Origin: Callorhinchus milii
Lineage: Eukaryota
DNA: 64,000 nucleotides
NCBI RefSeq assembly: GCF_018977255.1
Contig: NW_024704742.1
Location: 28,582,001 to 28,646,000 of the forward strand
Direction: 5' to 3'
Shown here: piece after piece, positions 60,366 to 64,000 of the stretch
Numbering within the stretch: position 1 is the first letter of the stretch
Layout of the letters: every line of letters begins with the position of its first letter
The notes under the pieces: model-generated
Database searches by the model: none
Seen by the model: the letters and a program-made list of their open reading frames with translations, nothing else
What the model was told of the DNA's origin: nothing
Program-made: the position numbers and the translations under genes

Positions 60366-62309
60366 TAAATTCCTGCAACAAACAAGGCATAACCCACATA
60401 ATCAACAGTCACAGTAGTCACCATTTTGAATGTACACTTCAGGAAATTAATGGTTGCTGCAACCTAAACCTTTAGCAACACATTACTGTTCTCAGTTTCA
60501 CAATAGAAGTATTTTTTTCAGAGCAAGTAAATACTGATGGCACAAGGATGTCATTCCATTTTGGAAAACATCATCAATCAGCCTAATTGACAAACATACT
60601 GAAAAGTCTTGCAACAATGCTCCCTTAACGTTTCATTGTACAGGTTGCTAGCAATTATTAAACAGGAAAGTCACTGACAATGCCATTCTTTGGTACATCA
60701 CTCATATAGCACAGTCTCGTGTTTTGGCAAATAAGAATCGATCTTAAGAAGGCTCCACTGTTAAATTGTAAGTACCCTTTCAACTTATTTGGGCGATCCT
60801 GCCCTTTAAAGATGTCAAGGACAGTTGTGAGGTGTCCCAGTAGCAGCTCAAGCAGCTTCAGGTTGACTCTCAACCAGGAATTTACATGTTCAAGTCCTAG
60901 GGCTGCCTGTCACTTGAAATCAGTTGCCTTAGTTTGTTGAGCTTCATCAGTTCTCAGCCAGACCCCCTAGAGGACATGTTATGTGGAAGGGAGGGATTCC
61001 ATTCTCGGGGATGGTGAGGGGGTGTGGGGGGTTGGGGTCATGGGGGACAGGGGCGAGAAAGAGAGAGAACTGACAATGTCCAACGCACCCTGCTCAATTC
61101 GCACCTCCTGCCAGCCGCTCACAGAGCTGCATTGACTGCAGTCGTGGAGACGTCTGCGTCCTGGACTGTCCTGCTCCTCCCCTGCTGGAGGAGGATGCAT
61201 CTGGGTGAACGGCCTGCAAAAGGGAGAAAGACAGAAGAAAATGGAAAGAACGATTTCAGTAACCGGGGGCACCTTATTACTGGGAGCACTTTGTAAGTTA
61301 ACGTCACAGTGGAATTTTGCAGTAATATCCTACAGAGTCAACCCTAATAAAATAAAGCAAAACAATAATGCCAAAGAAAATGTCACTTTGGTCTGAAAGA
61401 GCAAGCCTCACTTCCACGGTGGCTTTTTTTTTTAGAAATTTCAATTCATCTGAATAGGTTTTCCGGTTCCTCTGTCATTTTCTGATGATTTTTCAAATAG
61501 TTATGTTCAAAGAGCACCTGCTAATAAAATCATCAGAGGGACTTTATGTGAAGAATCATTGAGTCTGACTGTGCGAGGAAACTGCAATAAAAATCGGAAC
61601 AGAACAAACAGTTCTGATGAATCAAGGCACCATAGCGATCATGTTCTTCGCATGCAGATGATTGTGTTCCAATTTAAGATTATGCAGAATTTTGGAAAAT
61701 TCTTCAGTTCAGTCTTGATTTTGAAGCTGGTTTGTTCCATTCTTCTCAATGACTCTGAAAAAGCAGCCTCGAAATTTTTAAGTTTAATTTTTTAAGTTTT
61801 AATTTAAGAATCTTCCAAAGTTATGTACAATTTTAAATGTTAAGGTAATATCCGTATGCCTAAGAACCATTAGGCATTTCAGACCTTTGCTGTCAATTCA
61901 TCACCAGAAAAGAGCCAGGGAATAATTCAGCTCCAGGAGAAACGCAAACCTAAAAGAAGCTGTGCAGTAGTATTATGCAAACAGCAGCATTCTGTCCCCA
62001 GACTGTTTTGGCTTTGGGTAACCTGCCCCTTTGCAAAGTGCTTTAACACACTTTCAGTGGCACAAAGTGCTGCCAATTTGCATGTCCTACCCACTGCTGA
62101 TTTCCCTTTCTTAGCAATGGCTGGGAAACAATGCTCAGCGTGAATGATCTGGAATGATGTTCTAATTCTCAAGCAAAGGTAGGTGTGGATACTGTGAAGC
62201 CGTTTTTTTTTGCTTAAGAATTAAAACACTATTTGGTCCATTTCAACTACTGGTGACAAGTAACCAACCCTCAACTGTGACCTCTGCCAAGGTAACAAAG
62301 GTATATTAG

Positions 62310-62690
62310 CCATTTGGGCTCAGTTCGTAGCACTCTAATCTCCAGGTCACAAGATTATGGGTTCAAGCTCCACATCGGGATTTTTGAACTCATGGTACAG
62401 GCTGACAATATTGTGTGATACTGGAGGAGCACTGCTGATTTTAAGGAGATGACATCCTTCAGCTGAGATGTTAAAGTAGACATCCTATCTGCCTATTCAG
62501 GTGGATATCAAAGATCAAATGAGACTCTTCAAAAAGAGAAGGAAGATTCTCATGTTTTCTGTCTAATGATCCTCCAGATAAAATTGGTCATTCGCTTCAT
62601 GGCTGTTTGTAGGACTTTGAACTGCCGTACTTCCCTATTAAGACAACCAATATATATGACAGTAATTAGACACTTTGAGCTATTTCGACA
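62310..62690 (+). mobile_element. tRNA-headed Deu-core SINE
   Basis: gggctcagttcgtagcactc A box, gggttcaagctcc B box, and ttcaggtggatatcaaagatc core. Confidence 0.75.
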
Positions 62691-63737
62691 GTAGATATAC
62701 TGTAAAAATGTGCCTTCTTACAATACTAACATAATAAAAAGTAACTTCTCCAAACCAGCTCTTTCCTCATTCCGTCACTGACATTCGAATGGACAGATAT
62801 TCGAAAAGAAGAAACAAACTAATCAGAAGCAAACAAAGAAGGCATTGAAAAGGAGCCAGTGATGGCAACACCCCAAATTGAATGGAAGATTACATTTTCA
62901 GAGAAGAAATTTTCTAATAGATGAATCTATTAGAAGTCAAACATGATCACAGATCAAGTGATCGTAAAATTGATCCATTTTGTCTGTTAAAGTCAGAGTT
63001 AGTACAACTATAGGGCATGAACAGATGTACATAATATAATTTCATACCAGCTGAAACGGCTCTATCACTAACCCACCAGTTCTCATGCTACTGAAGCGCC
63101 TGAAGCCATGTAATTAAACCTAGCTCTCTATTTACAACCTGCCTCTTCTCTCCTCTGGGACTCCTATTGAGGAGATTTATCAAGCACAATAAAAGAAGAG
63201 TCTGTCCCTGCACCAGCAGGTATAATGTTCATTCCTCTTGCAGCTTGTTCCAGATACCGTCGTCGTGTCGCCAACAGAGAGGAAAAAAGTCAAAAGGGCA
63301 AAGGCACAAAAAGTTAAGTTATCACAGAAACAAATCCATGAAAACTGAGCTCCCGCACCATATGGTTGCCGAGCTCAATGCTAAAAATGAGATGACAGCA
63401 GGCAATTCTGAGTAGAACTGAGAGTTTTGTTACCAGACTGTGCCCTTTCAATGATACGTTTTACACTTTCTGCGTAACTTATGAGTTGTTTATAGACAGA
63501 GAGGGTGAGGGTCAGATATCGAGGCAACAGAAGGGAAACTAGAAATTGGCTGAGCAAGAGACAAGAGTACAAGCTGGAAAATTATACTGTGTGTACTTGG
63601 TAAATACCATATGCACTACATTAGATTCACAGGATTATTCTTCTCAATAATTTTGTGTTTGGCGAAGTTTCTTTGGAACAATGAACTAGCCTGTAAGAAT
63701 CTCCACAGGGCAAGTTTGTGGGTTTTGCATTTATTTA

Positions 63738-63894
63738 CAGTGAACTCCTGATAACTCGCCTCTCCAAGGGAAAAGGGCTCAATGGTGAGTTATCGGGAGT
63801 GGTGATTTAGACATATGTAGCAGTGGTATTGATAGTGTGATGACTTAAGTGTAGTGAGAAGTTAAGACAGAGTCAAGTTATGAGGAATATATTG
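63738..63894. mobile_element. pogo/Tigger-like MITE
   Basis: TA|cagtgaactcctgataactcg left terminal inverted repeat (TIR), internal inverted copy gagttatcgggagt, degenerate right TIR caagttatgaggaatatattg|TA. Confidence 0.5.
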
Positions 63895-64000
63895 TATTTA
63901 CACACAGTCATTAGGTGCCCAACACTTCTCATGGTCCTAGCCTTAACATAAGATCACAATACTAATAATAATCCTTGCATTTGTTATAACACCTGATCGT

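Noticed and set aside
52638-64000. Upstream PCDH10 exons (CM1 motif DSGHGDSEQGDSD and the cadherin repeats)
   Set aside because: I searched by eye on the minus strand and did not find them; they probably lie beyond the window.

Overview
Vertebrate genomic DNA, AT-rich and repeat-dense. The repeat content points to a cartilaginous fish, probably a holocephalan such as Callorhinchus (inference). The only protein-coding gene I can support is the 3' part of protocadherin-10 (PCDH10) on the minus strand. It comprises the 300-nt CM2-motif exon (52338-52637), a 14.5-kb intron, the terminal exon encoding TRKRIC-stop (37813-37832) and a repeat-free 3' UTR of about 1.6 kb. The upstream exons were not found and presumably lie beyond the right edge. 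The rest is intron or intergenic DNA filled with L2 and CR1 LINE fragments, three tiers of tRNA-headed Deu-core SINEs with L2-type tails, LF-SINE-like remnants, pogo-like MITE remnants and an unclassified retroposon-like repeat. The best leads are: (i) two Penelope-type fold-back insertions with minimal hammerhead-ribozyme cores and 13-14-bp target-site duplications (TSDs); (ii) phase-compatible candidate alternative exons of PCDH10, one giving a hydrophobic C-terminus and one a 99-nt symmetric cassette with an in-frame UGA; (iii) a SINE/L2 tail-swap intermediate; (iv) a perfect 37-bp-arm hairpin and a head-to-head SINE pair. Almost all ORFs in the supplied track are spurious or repeat-derived. 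Repeat boundaries are approximate, and family names come from recalled consensus features, not from a database search.
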